Shown here one piece after another: positions 44,407 to 64,000 of a DNA stretch of 64,000 bases (positions are counted from its first letter, which is position 1; each line of letters begins with the position of its first letter). The translations under genes were made by a program, and so were the position numbers. The stretch covers positions 64,001 through 128,000 of the forward strand of contig CAVSBT010000037.1 in the NCBI GenBank assembly GCA_963726245.1, written 5' to 3'. This stretch comes from an uncultured Chloroflexia bacterium (GTDB lineage: Bacteria > Chloroflexota > Dehalococcoidia > DSTF01 > JALHUB01). Under the pieces are notes generated by a model. It had not been told where the DNA came from and did not search any database. It was given only the letters and a program-made list of their open reading frames with translations.

Positions 44407-44441
44407 AAAAGGGAAGGCCGGGGTCTGCCGGACCCCGGCCT
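44407..44441 (-). terminator. Putative intrinsic terminator after rpoC
   Basis: AGGCCGGGGTC/GACCCCGGCCT stem followed by TCCCTTTT on the minus strand. Confidence 0.55.
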
Positions 44442-44467
44442 GGCAATCTCCTGAGGGTCACCGGTAA

Positions 44468-52743
<8,276 letters not shown>

Positions 52744-52867
52744 AGCGACGCGCTCCTTAAGAGGGCCATCTAACCCCGCGGACTGCTGCAATCAGTAACG
52801 GGTCTTGACACTAGTCCTGCAATGGGGATTGTGAGGCAAGGGGGTTTCTGTCTAGCCGGCAATACGC

Positions 52868-52896
52868 ATTGTAGCAAACGCTACGTGGCGTGTCAA
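52868..52896 (-). promoter_or_regulatory. rpoBC promoter
   Basis: TTGACA-N17-TACAAT with extended -10 TG. Confidence 0.7.
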
Positions 52897-53058
52897 CCAA
52901 ACAATTTATCACTATCTCTTCCCTGAAGTCCAGCTTTTTGCCGGCCGCGGGCATAATTCTTATGTCCGGTCCCATGGCACCGCCGCCGTTGACAGGGGGG
53001 ACCCATCGAGTATAGTGGCCTCGCCCTGCAGGTTCAAAGGGCGGTAGGAGGAAAGGGC

Positions 53059-54019
53059 ATGACGCTCCCGGCTTACCACCACGTGGACCTGGCGTTGTTG
53101 CTTGAGCTCGTGCGTCGAGGGCGACCAGTCCGACCGGTCGAGACGTATGATAGAGTCTCGGCACACTTCCCGGCCTTGACCGACGACGACAAGACCCTGC
53201 TCCGCAAGGGTGGGCGCACACGCGTCTGGATCAACATGATTCATTGGGCAAGAGACCATCTGCGTGTACGAGGCCTCCTGGCGGATGCAGGCCCCGGGCT
53301 GTGGGCGCTAAACGACACCGCGCGGGGGTTTCTGCGGGAGCGCCTGCGGGAACGCAGCGTTGCCGAAGCGGACGCATTCATCAATTCCAGTGGGCACCTG
53401 CAGGATGTCCTTGGAACCGGCTGGGCAAAGCCTGTCAGGGCGAGGCCTCGACACGGAGAAGGTCCAGGCGATCCCTCAGGAAGGGAGGCCTCCCAAACCT
53501 TCTCCTGTGCTGGCAGCAGACACCGCTCCAAGAGCCCTGGCAGAGGCTCAGCAGGCTGAGATCATGAGCGTGCGGCAAGCCCTGCTGGAGCGCTTACTGG
53601 CCATGGATGAATATGAGTTCGAGAACGCGGTTGGCCGCATCCTAGATGCTCTGGGCTTTCGGGGAACCGAGGTGGTCGGCAGGCCAGGCGACGGCGGCTT
53701 GGACGTTCGAACGATTCTCAAGAACGAGCTTGTGTCGGCGACCGTCGCCGTGCAAGTCAAGAGGCAGCGCGCCAATGTCGGACCGAAGGAGATAAGCTAT
53801 CTGCGCGACAGGTGGGGCAGGAGAGCGGACAAACTTCTATTCGTCACAACATCCGACTACACTGCAGGGGCGAGAGAAGTGGCGAATGAAGAGGGCGCAA
53901 AGCCGGTCCAGCTCGTGACTGGTGACGAGTTGGCCGACTTGATGATTCGTAACCGTATCGCGGTCGCTGCCTACGCAGTCGAGCGTTTCGAAGTCGACGA
54001 GGAGTTCTTCCAGGGTTAG
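53059..54019 (+). CDS. Mrr-family restriction endonuclease (Mrr_N winged helix + Mrr_cat; frameshift ~53480)
   Basis: N.I.WAR..L...GLL....G.W.L; FE..V..IL..LG; DGG.D; VQVKR; FVTTS.YT..A. Confidence 0.85.
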
Positions 54020-54036
54020 TACCGGGAAACGCTCCG

Positions 54037-54672
54037 ATGACAACCGCACCCACGTCCCCCATCCGCGGCCTCTACGTCATCGTTGACCCGGAGCAGACGC
54101 GGGGCCGCGACCCCGTCGAGGTGGCGCGACAGGCCCTGGAGGGCGGCGCCTCGCTCATCCAGTGGCGCGACAAGGCCCGCGACAAGGGGGAGCAGTTGCC
54201 CCAGTTGCGGGCCGTCCGCGACCTCTGCCGCCAGCACGGGGCCCTCCTCATCGTCAACGACCACGCCGACCTGGCCCTGGCCGCCGGCGCCGACGGGGTG
54301 CACCTGGGCCAGAAGGACCTGCCGGCCGCGGCCGTCCGCGCCTTCGTGCCGGCGGACTTCATCGTCGGCGTGTCCACGAACAACGTGGAGGAGGCCCGCC
54401 GCGCCCAGGCCGATGGCGCCTCCTACGTGGCGGTGGGCGCTCTCTTCCCCACGGCCTCCAAGTCGGTGACGCGGCCGGCCAGCCCCCAGCGACTGCGCGA
54501 GGTGAAGCGGGCCGTGTCGGTGCCGGTGGTGGGCATCGGCGGCATCAACGAGGGCAACATCGACGAGGTGCTGGCGGCGGGCGCCGACGCCGTGGCCGTG
54601 ATCAGCGCCGTCATCGCCGCCGACGACGTGCGAGAGGCGGCGGCGCGGCTGGCGGCGAGGTTCCAGTCGTAG
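54037..54672 (+). CDS. thiE: Thiamine-phosphate synthase
   Basis: QWRDK; IVND..DLA; DGVHLGQ.D; FPT.SK; IGGI. Confidence 0.93.
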   Translation: MTTAPTSPIRGLYVIVDPEQTRGRDPVEVARQALEGGASLIQWRDKARDKGEQLPQLRAVRDLCRQHGALLIVNDHADLALAAGADGVHLGQKDLPAAAVRAFVPADFIVGVSTNNVEEARRAQADGASYVAVGALFPTASKSVTRPASPQRLREVKRAVSVPVVGIGGINEGNIDEVLAAGADAVAVISAVIAADDVREAAARLAARFQS

Positions 54673-54798
54673 AGGCGGAGCTTTAGCTCCGCCCTGAGCC
54701 GGCGCGCCGACCCAGGAGGTTATCGACAAGGCAACCAGCCAGCCGTGGACGCCACGGGCTCCTCGTGGGTGAAGCACGTGGCGACCTGAAGGTCGCCG

Positions 54799-55919
54799 CT
54801 ACGATCCCTGGAACCGCGCCGGGCTGAAGGGGGAGAGCGCCTCCGCCTGCTTGCCTTCGAGCAGGGAGCGGGCCATGAGCTGCCCGGTGATGGGAGCGAG
54901 GAGGATGCCGTTCCGGAAGTGGCCGGAGGCCACCCAGAGGCCCTCCCATCCCGGCACGGCGCCCAGGATAGGGAGGCCGTCGGCGGAGCCGGGGCGCAGG
55001 CCTGCCCAGGCGTCGACGTGGGTGGCGTAGCTGAAGGCGGGCACCAGGGCGTTGGCCATCCTCCGCAGGGAAGCCAGCCCCCGCTTCGTGGTGCCCTTTC
55101 GATAGCCCACTTCCTCCACCGTGGCCCCCACGAAGACGAAGCCGTTGGGCTTGGGGACCACGTAGCCCTTCGGCCCCCAGACGATGTGGCGGACGGGCGG
55201 CGGGCCGCCGCCCAGGGCGAGCATCTGCCCTCGCACCGGCCTCACGGGCACCCGCACGCCGAGGGCCGCCGCCAGGCGCTTCGTCCAGGGCCCCGCCGCC
55301 AGGACGACGCTGTCCGCCGATAGCGTCTCGTGGGCCAGGCGAACGCCGGTGACCCGGTGGCCGCGGCGGAGGAGGCCGACGACAGGCGTCTCCTGTCGAA
55401 TGACGGCGCCCTGGGCCTCGGCGGCGCGGGCCAGGCCCTGCACCAGCTTGGCGGGGTTCACCTGGTGCTCCAGGGGCGAGTAGATGGCGCCACGCACGCT
55501 CGCGCTCAGCAGGGGCTCCAGGCCGCGGGCCTCTTCGCCGTCGATCCAGCGGACGCCCATCCCCAGGCGGTCCTGCCACTCGATCTGAGAGCGCAGCTCC
55601 GTCTCCTCGGCCTGCGAGAAGGCGACGCGCAGCATGCCCGAAGGCACGTACTCCACGTCGACGCCTGTCTCGGCGTAGAGGGCGTCGGTCAGCTCCGGGA
55701 AGAGGCGGTGGCTGGCCAGGCAGAGGTCCAGGAAGGCGCTGGGGCCGTGGGCCTCGGCGAGAGGCGCCAGCATGCCCGCCGCCGCGCCCGAGGCCTCGTT
55801 GCCGATGAGCCCCCTTTCGAGCACGACGACGCGGCGCGCCGCTCCCTGGACAAGTAATAGGCGATGGCGCAGCCGATGACGCCACCGCCGACGATGGCCA
55901 CGTCCGCGTCAGACGGCAC
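54799..55919 (-). CDS. thiO: Glycine oxidase (frameshift ~55830)
   Basis: GGGVIG; ASGAAAGML; PVRGQ; WAGLRP; GHFRNGILLAP. Confidence 0.93.
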
Positions 55920-56132
55920 TCACCCTCCCCCGACCATGCGCACGATCTCCAGGGTGTCGCCGTCGCTCAGTTGCACAGAGGCGTAGTCCCTCCGGGGGAT
56001 GACGTCGCCGTTGTGGGCCACGGCCACGAGCCTCACGTCCACCTCAAGCTCCCTGAGGAAGGCGGCCAGGTCCGTCCCGGCGAGCGACTGCCGCTTCTCG
56101 CCGTTCACGGTGAGGGTGATCGCGGCTCGCAT
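55920..56132 (-). CDS. thiS: Sulfur carrier protein ThiS
   Basis: C-terminal EIVRMVGGG. Confidence 0.93.
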   Translation of the reverse strand: MRAAITLTVNGEKRQSLAGTDLAAFLRELEVDVRLVAVAHNGDVIPRRDYASVQLSDGDTLEIVRMVGGG

Positions 56133-56133
56133 C

Positions 56134-56842
<709 letters not shown>

Positions 56843-56846
<4 letters not shown>

Positions 56847-57619
56847 CGCACCACCCCCTCGAGCGGGCTGCTGGCCGAGGCGTAGGCCTTCTTGGCGATG
56901 CGGCCCGCCAGGTACGCCTTGCGCCCGGCCTCGACGCCCAGGCGGATGGCCTCGGCCATGAGAGCGGGGTTCTTCGACTCGGCGATGGCGGTGTTGACCA
57001 GGACGGCGTCGGCGCCCACCTCCATGGCCAGGGAGGCGTCGGAGGGCACGCCGAGGCCGGCGTCGACCACCACCGGCACGTGCGCGTTCTCGATGATGAT
57101 CTGGATCTCCTCCAGGGTGAAGATACCCCGGCCGGAGCCAATGGGCGAGCCCAGGGGCATGACGGTGGCGCAGCCTATCTCCTCGAGCCGTCGGGCCAGG
57201 ATGGGGTCGGCGTGGATGTAGGGGAGGACGGTGAAGCCCTCCTTGATGAGGAGCTTGGCCGCCTCCAGGGTGCCGATGGGGTCCGGCAGCAGGTACTTGG
57301 GGTCGGGCACCACCTCCAGCTTCACGAGGTCGGAGCCGGTGACCTCGCGGCCGAGGCGGGCCGTCAGCAGGGCCTCCTCGACGGTGCGGCAGCCGGCGGT
57401 GTTGGGCAGGATGGTGTAGCGGCTCCAGTCGACGTAGTCGAGCAGGGTCTTCTGGCCGGGCTTGCCCAGGTCCAGGCGCCGGATGGCCACCGTGACCATC
57501 TCCGTGCCCGACGCGTCGAGGGCGGCCAGCATCTCGTCCACGCTGCGGTACTTGCCGCTGCCCAGCAGCAGCCGGGAGCGGAAGCGCCGTCCCGCGATGA
57601 TCAGTTCGTCATTTTCCAT
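56843..57619 (-). CDS. thiG: Thiazole synthase
   Basis: [10 protein letters not shown]; LPNTAGC; KLEV; [10 protein letters not shown]; DAG.G.PSDA. Confidence 0.96.
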
Positions 57620-57685
57620 GCAAGTTCTCCGTTCTACCTGACTTCATCTCAGTGATCAGGGGCAGGATGTTGGCACGCTGTGCTC

Positions 57686-58093
57686 TCATGACGCGAGCGG
57701 GCCAACAAGATGCACTATCTTGTCTACGAGAGTCGTGAGAGCCGCCGCAAAACCCACAAGATCCTTAAGGCGGGCAATGTGCGACTTGAGCCTGGACCGA
57801 CTAGGCCGGCCGGCTCGCAACTCCAAAGCGATCTCGTGGAGCACCTCTGCTGCTTCCAGCACTGCCTTCTCGATACCTGCATTGGCGGCGTTCAGCACTA
57901 TCTCGAACTGACCACTATCCACCGACACGTTTAGCTGGCCTGCCACGTAGGTGCCGATAGTGCTGCCTGTTCCGCCGCCCACAGCAGTCGACCGGTAGCC
58001 AGTCACGCTTACTTGGACGTTGAACTGGCGAGGGTTGGTACGGAGTGACTCAGCCAGGGCGTCGACCAGGGTTGCAGCTTCATTCTTGTTCAC
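57686..58093 (-). CDS. Hypothetical protein inserted in the thi operon
   Basis: 135 aa; visibly more AT-rich codons than flanking genes. Confidence 0.55.
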   Translation of the reverse strand: MNKNEAATLVDALAESLRTNPRQFNVQVSVTGYRSTAVGGGTGSTIGTYVAGQLNVSVDSGQFEIVLNAANAGIEKAVLEAAEVLHEIALELRAGRPSRSRLKSHIARLKDLVGFAAALTTLVDKIVHLVGPLAS

Positions 58094-58163
58094 TTGTCAT
58101 GCTCCCTTGCACGCCGAAGACTGAGGCGGTTTATTTCCCTCCCAATAGGTGGCACCCCGCCCC

Positions 58164-59517
<1,354 letters not shown>

Positions 59518-59581
59518 CTCTGTCTCCCTTCCGGCGCTCGCTCTCGGTAGCTGCAGGGCTTGTCGCCCGAAGAATCTGGCC

Positions 59582-59642
59582 GTAAGGACGGAGCTTCAGC
59601 TCGGTCCGCCCCCCGAGGACGGAGCTAAGGCTCCGTCCCTAC
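59582..59642. repeat. GTA(A/G)-GGACGGAGC REP doublet (partial inverted copy at 62336-62375)
   Basis: GTAAGGACGGAGCTTCAGCTC...GGACGGAGCTAAGGCTCCGTCCCTAC. Confidence 0.75.
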
Positions 59643-59658
59643 AACTGATTGTGCCCTC

Positions 59659-60688
59659 TCACGGCCGCACCACGGCACGCCCTACCACCTTGCCCTGGCG
59701 CAGGTCGTCGAGGGCGCGGTTGACGTCTTCCAAAGGTACCACACGGTCGATGGACGCGCGGATGCCGCCGGCCGCCGCCAGCTCGACGGCTCTGGTCAGC
59801 TCGTCCAGGGTATTGCCCACGGAGCCCATGACCTGCGCCTCCAGGACGACGAGCTGGATGGGGCTCACGGTCAGCAGGTCCTCCGAGTAGCCGATGAAGA
59901 CGAGTCGCCCCCGCTTGCGCAGGCTGGCCACCGCCTTCGGCATGGACTCGTTCGGTGCCGACGAGCTCGAAGACGGCGTCGGCGCCCTGGCCGCCGGTGA
60001 GCTCGCGCACGCGCGCCGGCACGTCCTCGCGTGTGGCGTCGATGGCGGCCTCGGCACCCAGGTCGCGGGCCAGTTGCAGCTTGGCCGGCGAGCGGCCGAC
60101 GGCGATGACGCGGGCGCCGGCCAGGTCGCAGTACTGGACAAGGGCAGCGCCCACGCCGCCGAAGCCGTAGACCACGGCCACCTCGCCGGGACCGAGCCGC
60201 GCCAGGCCGGCGGCATGGATGGAGGTGGTGGCGCTGCAGCCCAGGGTGGCCGCGTCCTCGAAGGGGAGGCTGTCCGGCAGCTTCACCAGGTTGCGGGCAG
60301 GCGCCTTCACGTATTCGGCCAGACCGCCGTCGGAGACGAAGCCGTACTCGGCCACGAGGGCGTCGCAGAGGTTCTCCTGGCCGGTTCGACACCAGTGGCA
60401 GACGCCGCAGCCAACGTAGTAGTAGACGATGACGCGGTCGCCGGGCCGGACGGAGGTCACCCCCGGCCCGAGCTCCGCCACCTCGCCCGCGATCTCGTGG
60501 CCCAAGGTCACGGGCGCCACTCCCAGGTTGAGCACGCCGCTCAGGAAGTGCAGCTCCGTGTGGCAGATGCCGGCCGCCTTCACCCGCACCAGGGCCTCGC
60601 CCAGGCCCGGCTGTGGGACGGGCACCTCCTCCAGGCGCAGGCTTTCGCCGGGGCCGTGGTAGCGGGCGGCGCGCATGGTCTCAGGCAT
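59659..60688 (-). CDS. Zinc-binding alcohol dehydrogenase (frameshift ~59950)
   Basis: GICHTE; GHE; CGVCHWC......C; G.GGVG. Confidence 0.92.
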
Positions 60689-60701
60689 GGTTCGTCCCTC
60701 T

Positions 60702-61493
60702 CTAGAAGCCCTGCCAGAAGCGGAAGAAGTGGTGCACGGGCCCGTGGCCGTGCCCCACGGGATAGGCGCTCTGGAGGGCCTTGGTGACGTAGGCCTTAGC
60801 CATCGCCACCGCGTCGCGGACGCCGGCGCCCTTGGCCAGGCCGGCGGCGATGGCGGAGGCGAAGGTGCAGCCGGTGCCGTGGGTGCTGGTGGTGTCGACG
60901 CGGAGGGCCGCGAACTCGTGGAAGGAGCGGCCATCGTAGTAGAGGTCCACGGCCGGCCCGTCGCGGTGGCCGCCCTTCACGACCACGTGGCGGGCGCCCA
61001 TGGCGCCGATCTCCTCGGCCGCCCGGCACAGCTCATCGGGACCATCGAGCTTGCGGCCGACCAGCACCTCGGCCTCCGGGATGTTGGGCGTGACGACCAG
61101 CGCCAGGGGCAGGAGCAGTTCCCGCAGGGCGGCGATCGCCTCCTGCCGGAGGAGGGAGTCGCCGCTCTTGGCGACCATCACCGGGTCCACCACGAGGTTC
61201 GTGAGCCCGTGCTTGCGCACCCTGTCCGCCACGACCTCGATGATGGCGGCGTTGGCGAGCATGCCCGTCTTCACGGCGTCGGCGCCGATGTCGCTGACAA
61301 TGGCGTCGATCTGGGCCGCCACCAGATCCGCGGGCAGCTCCAGCACCTGGGTGACGCACTGGGTGTTCTGGGCCGTGATGGCGGTGATGGCGGAGGTGCC
61401 GTAGACGCCGAGGGCGGAGAAGGTCTTCAGGTCGGCCTGAATGCCGGCTCCTCCTCCCGAGTCCGACCCGGCGATGGTCATGGCCGTCTTCAA
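60702..61493 (-). CDS. thiD: HMP/HMP-P kinase
   Basis: IAGSDSGGGAGIQADLKT; DPVM; TPNIPEA; HGTGCT. Confidence 0.96.
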   Translation of the reverse strand: MKTAMTIAGSDSGGGAGIQADLKTFSALGVYGTSAITAITAQNTQCVTQVLELPADLVAAQIDAIVSDIGADAVKTGMLANAAIIEVVADRVRKHGLTNLVVDPVMVAKSGDSLLRQEAIAALRELLLPLALVVTPNIPEAEVLVGRKLDGPDELCRAAEEIGAMGARHVVVKGGHRDGPAVDLYYDGRSFHEFAALRVDTTSTHGTGCTFASAIAAGLAKGAGVRDAVAMAKAYVTKALQSAYPVGHGHGPVHHFFRFWQGF

Positions 61494-61550
61494 AAGGGCC
61501 TCCCAACGAGCAGCGCCGCCGGGCTGCCGGCGGCGCTAGGTGTTCCTCAC

Positions 61551-61641
61551 ATCCCTTCGCTGGCATTACCCAGGTCAGGTTCCGCGGTCGGCGGCGGACG
61601 GGCCGCCCTCTCAGCCGAGCTCCCTCAGCTCCCGCTGTCCC
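61551..61641 (-). ncRNA. TPP riboswitch
   Basis: GCTGAGA...GAACCTGACCTGGGTAATGCCAGCGAAGGGA upstream of thiD. Confidence 0.93.
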
Positions 61642-61662
61642 TATGAGCTCTTGTCAACTCAT

Positions 61663-61691
61663 ATTCTATGATGGGCCTCCGGCGTAGTCAA
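61663..61691 (-). promoter_or_regulatory. thi operon promoter
   Basis: TTGACT-N17-TAGAAT just upstream of the riboswitch. Confidence 0.65.
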
Positions 61692-61863
61692 TTTGCTCGT
61701 TCGGGGGCATCGCGCGGCCAGCCGGCGGAGCGACGATGCGAGGGTCCTGTGGAGCGGAGCGTGGTTGGGGGAGCCGGCGGAGCTGCTGGGGAGCCGACAG
61801 GCTCTTGGATGTAGCGGAGGGCTTCAGCCCCCCACAGCGCCCGTGGCGACCTGAAGGTCGCCG

Positions 61864-62210
61864 CTACGTTGCTTCTCGGGAAGTCTCCGGCGAGGAAGCG
61901 TAGCCCATAAACGACCGGGCCACCACCGCCTCGACGAACTCGCCGACCAGGTCACCCTCTTGAGCCAGGAGCTCATAGATGGCTCGAACCGCCTCCTCGT
62001 TATCGGAGTGGCCGTTGAGGGCACCGGCGATGCGTCGAGAGCGGCGCAGGATCTCCTGCGCCTCGCGCCGCGTCGTCAGTCCGGCGAAGGCTGTGATGAG
62101 CCGAGGGTCTCCCTCACAGAGGGTCGTGGCCGACCACCTCCGGGTCGCAGTCGGTGCCGCGCCTGACGGTCAGGCGGGACGCCCGGCCGGCGGGCAGGAT
62201 CACCGAAGCT
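61864..62210 (-). CDS. Possible hypothetical protein (frameshifted, start unclear)
   Basis: Open frame CEGDPRLITAFAGLTTRREAQEILRR...REAT* with GC3-rich codons. Confidence 0.35.
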
Positions 62211-62478
62211 TGCTGCCACCTTAAGAGTAGGGCAGACCTCCCCATGATCCCACCCTCTGGAGCCCGTACATCGGCGCGACCGTTCCCCTAATCGGCTTGG
62301 CCGCGGCCCTGATAGACCCGCGACAAGCACGACACGTCCTCGAGGGGGCGGACGGAGCTGAAGCTCCGTCCTTACAGCGGATTTTCACACAGGTTCCGGC
62401 CGCGCTATGATGACGGCTACGAGCGGCCTGCAGCGCCCTCGGCCGCTTGCCGATTCGACCTGTCAGCAAGGAGGAACC

Positions 62479-63042
62479 ATGAACCGCGCCGAGGCCTGGG
62501 ACCTGCTCTGCGAGTTCACCCAGAGCGATAGCCTGCGCAAGCACGGGCTGGCCGTCGAGGCTGCTATGCGTCGTTACGCCCAACAGCGCGGCGAGGACGA
62601 GGAGAAGTGGGGCATCGTCGGCCTGGTGCACGACTTCGACTACGAGCAGCACCCCACGCTGGACGAGCATCCCTTCGTGGGCGTCGCCATTCTGCGCGAG
62701 CGCGGCTGGCCGGAGGAGGTCGCCCGCGCCGTTCTCGCCCACGGCAACCACACCGGCGTGACACGCGAGAGCCCGATGGAGAAGACGCTCTTCGCCGTGG
62801 ATGAGCTCACCGGCCTCATCACGGCGGTGGCCCTCGTCCGCCCCAGCAAGAGCATCCTTGACGTGGAGCCGTCTTCGGTGCGCAAGAAGATGAAGGACAA
62901 GGCCTTCGCCCGCTCCGTCAACCGCGACGACATCGTCCAGGGCGCCGCGGAACTGGGAGTGGACCTCAACTCCCACATAGAAGAGGTCATCAAGGCCATG
63001 CAGTCGGTGGCTGACGAGCTGGGGCTGCGAGGCGCCGCCTAA
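62479..63042 (+). CDS. HD/HDIG domain hydrolase
   Basis: LRKH..AVE; HDFDYE; L.AVDELTG; RBS AAGGAGG. Confidence 0.9.
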   Translation: MNRAEAWDLLCEFTQSDSLRKHGLAVEAAMRRYAQQRGEDEEKWGIVGLVHDFDYEQHPTLDEHPFVGVAILRERGWPEEVARAVLAHGNHTGVTRESPMEKTLFAVDELTGLITAVALVRPSKSILDVEPSSVRKKMKDKAFARSVNRDDIVQGAAELGVDLNSHIEEVIKAMQSVADELGLRGAA

Positions 63043-63062
63043 CGAGCCTGGCGGCGAACCAT

Positions 63063-63130
63063 GTAGCCGAGGCTTTCTAGCCTCGGCGTCCCTCACGTGG
63101 CCAGTGGCCAGGCTAGAAAGCCTGGCCTAC
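63063..63130. repeat. GTAG REP doublet, inverted copy of 25471-25531
   Basis: GTAGCCGAGGCTTTCTAGCCTCGG...GGCCAGGCTAGAAAGCCTGGCCTAC. Confidence 0.8.
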
Positions 63131-63161
63131 GAGTTGCCCGACACCCTCTAACAGCGGGAAG

Positions 63162-63656
63162 CTAGGTCTCCTCCTCTTGGGCTTCCCTGACGACCCAGGC
63201 GGTGGAGACGATGAGGCTGGCCAGCAAGACGATGGCGGAAGCCACACAATAGATGCAGATGGCCTCGAGGACGAAGAGCTCGACGTACGTTAGGTAGGCG
63301 GAGAAGAGGGTGCCGATCAGCGCTAGCCCCCAGAAGGACATCACCGGCCAGACCAAGCCCGCCGGCCGCCACCAGAGCCAGACCAGCGCCGAGGCGGTGA
63401 GCCCCACATAGGAGAGGGCGCCAAGGAAGGCCACCGGGACCCCCGCCATCGTCGCGTATTTGCTGTTATTCACCGACTCGCAGCTCCCGAGGCCCCCGCA
63501 GGCGATGGTAGCTTTGGCCCAGTGCGTATAGGACAGGTAGCTGCTGATGCCCAGGCCGACCAGCGCTAGAGCCAGTAGGAGCGCCGGCACGGCCAGGGCG
63601 AGGCGACGGGCGGCCCGGCTTTCGGTGGCGTCGCTCGCCAGACGTGCCGCTCTCAA
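63162..63656 (-). CDS. Vitamin K epoxide reductase (VKOR) family protein
   Basis: C.....C..V..S.YA; AICIYC. Confidence 0.9.
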   Translation of the reverse strand: MRAARLASDATESRAARRLALAVPALLLALALVGLGISSYLSYTHWAKATIACGGLGSCESVNNSKYATMAGVPVAFLGALSYVGLTASALVWLWWRPAGLVWPVMSFWGLALIGTLFSAYLTYVELFVLEAICIYCVASAIVLLASLIVSTAWVVREAQEEET

Positions 63657-64000
63657 GGGTTCTTCCTCAGCTCTCCCTCGATGACTTTCTTCAGGTCGTC
63701 GTAGGATGACGGCCCCACCACGGTCTGGTCCCCGATGATGAAGGTTGGGGTGCTCTTGACACCCTTGTTCAAGGCATCCTGCGTTTCCGTCTTCACGAGG
63801 TCCTGGTGCTGGTGCGAATCAAGGCACTGGTTGAAGGTAGCCGCGTCGAGCCCCAACTCCGTCGCAAAGCGCTTCAAGTTGTCGGCCGAGAAGCCGCCCT
63901 GGTTCTCACCATGCTGGTTCTCAAACAGCTTGTCGTGGTAGTTCCAGAACTTGCCCTGATCATTCGCGCACTCTGCGGCCTGAGCGGCCAAGTCTGACTC
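63653..64000 (-). CDS. DsbA family protein, 3' part (start outside window)
   Basis: AA.AAECA..QGKFW.YHD.LF; GV.STPTF; adjacent to VKOR. Confidence 0.9.
   Translation of the reverse strand, partial: ESDLAAQAAECANDQGKFWNYHDKLFENQHGENQGGFSADNLKRFATELGLDAATFNQCLDSHQHQDLVKTETQDALNKGVKSTPTFIIGDQTVVGPSSYDDLKKVIEGELRKNP

Overview
High-GC bacterial chromosomal window, probably Chloroflexota (Dehalococcoidia-like), inferred from the RpoC N-terminus [19 protein letters not shown] and the style of the secreted proteins. Many single-base frameshifts, including in rpoB and rpoC, point to uncorrected long-read errors. Bases ~10.5-64 kb are mostly core genes: glpK, an ino1/acyltransferase x2/PHP/pimA-like/pgsA-like phosphatidylinositol-glycolipid cluster, a probable UxxC selenoprotein disulfide oxidoreductase, CIRCE-hrcA-grpE-dnaK, a polar amino acid ABC transporter, dcd-ribD-ribE-ribBA-ribH, an ECF sigma/anti-sigma pair, lepB, gdhA, rpoBC, an Mrr nuclease, a TPP-riboswitch thiamine operon and VKOR/DsbA. 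Several families of REP-like palindromes are scattered between genes. The most unusual feature is at 2.6-8.0 kb. A tRNA-Val(TAC) gene is followed by four 3'-half tRNA copies (three of 45 bp ending exactly at the anticodon loop, plus a decayed distal one). Each is fused to a ~70-bp non-tRNA arm that is well conserved in three copies. They delimit four small (0.75-1.7 kb) integrase-free cassettes of one or two genes, an integron-like cassette array anchored on a tRNA.
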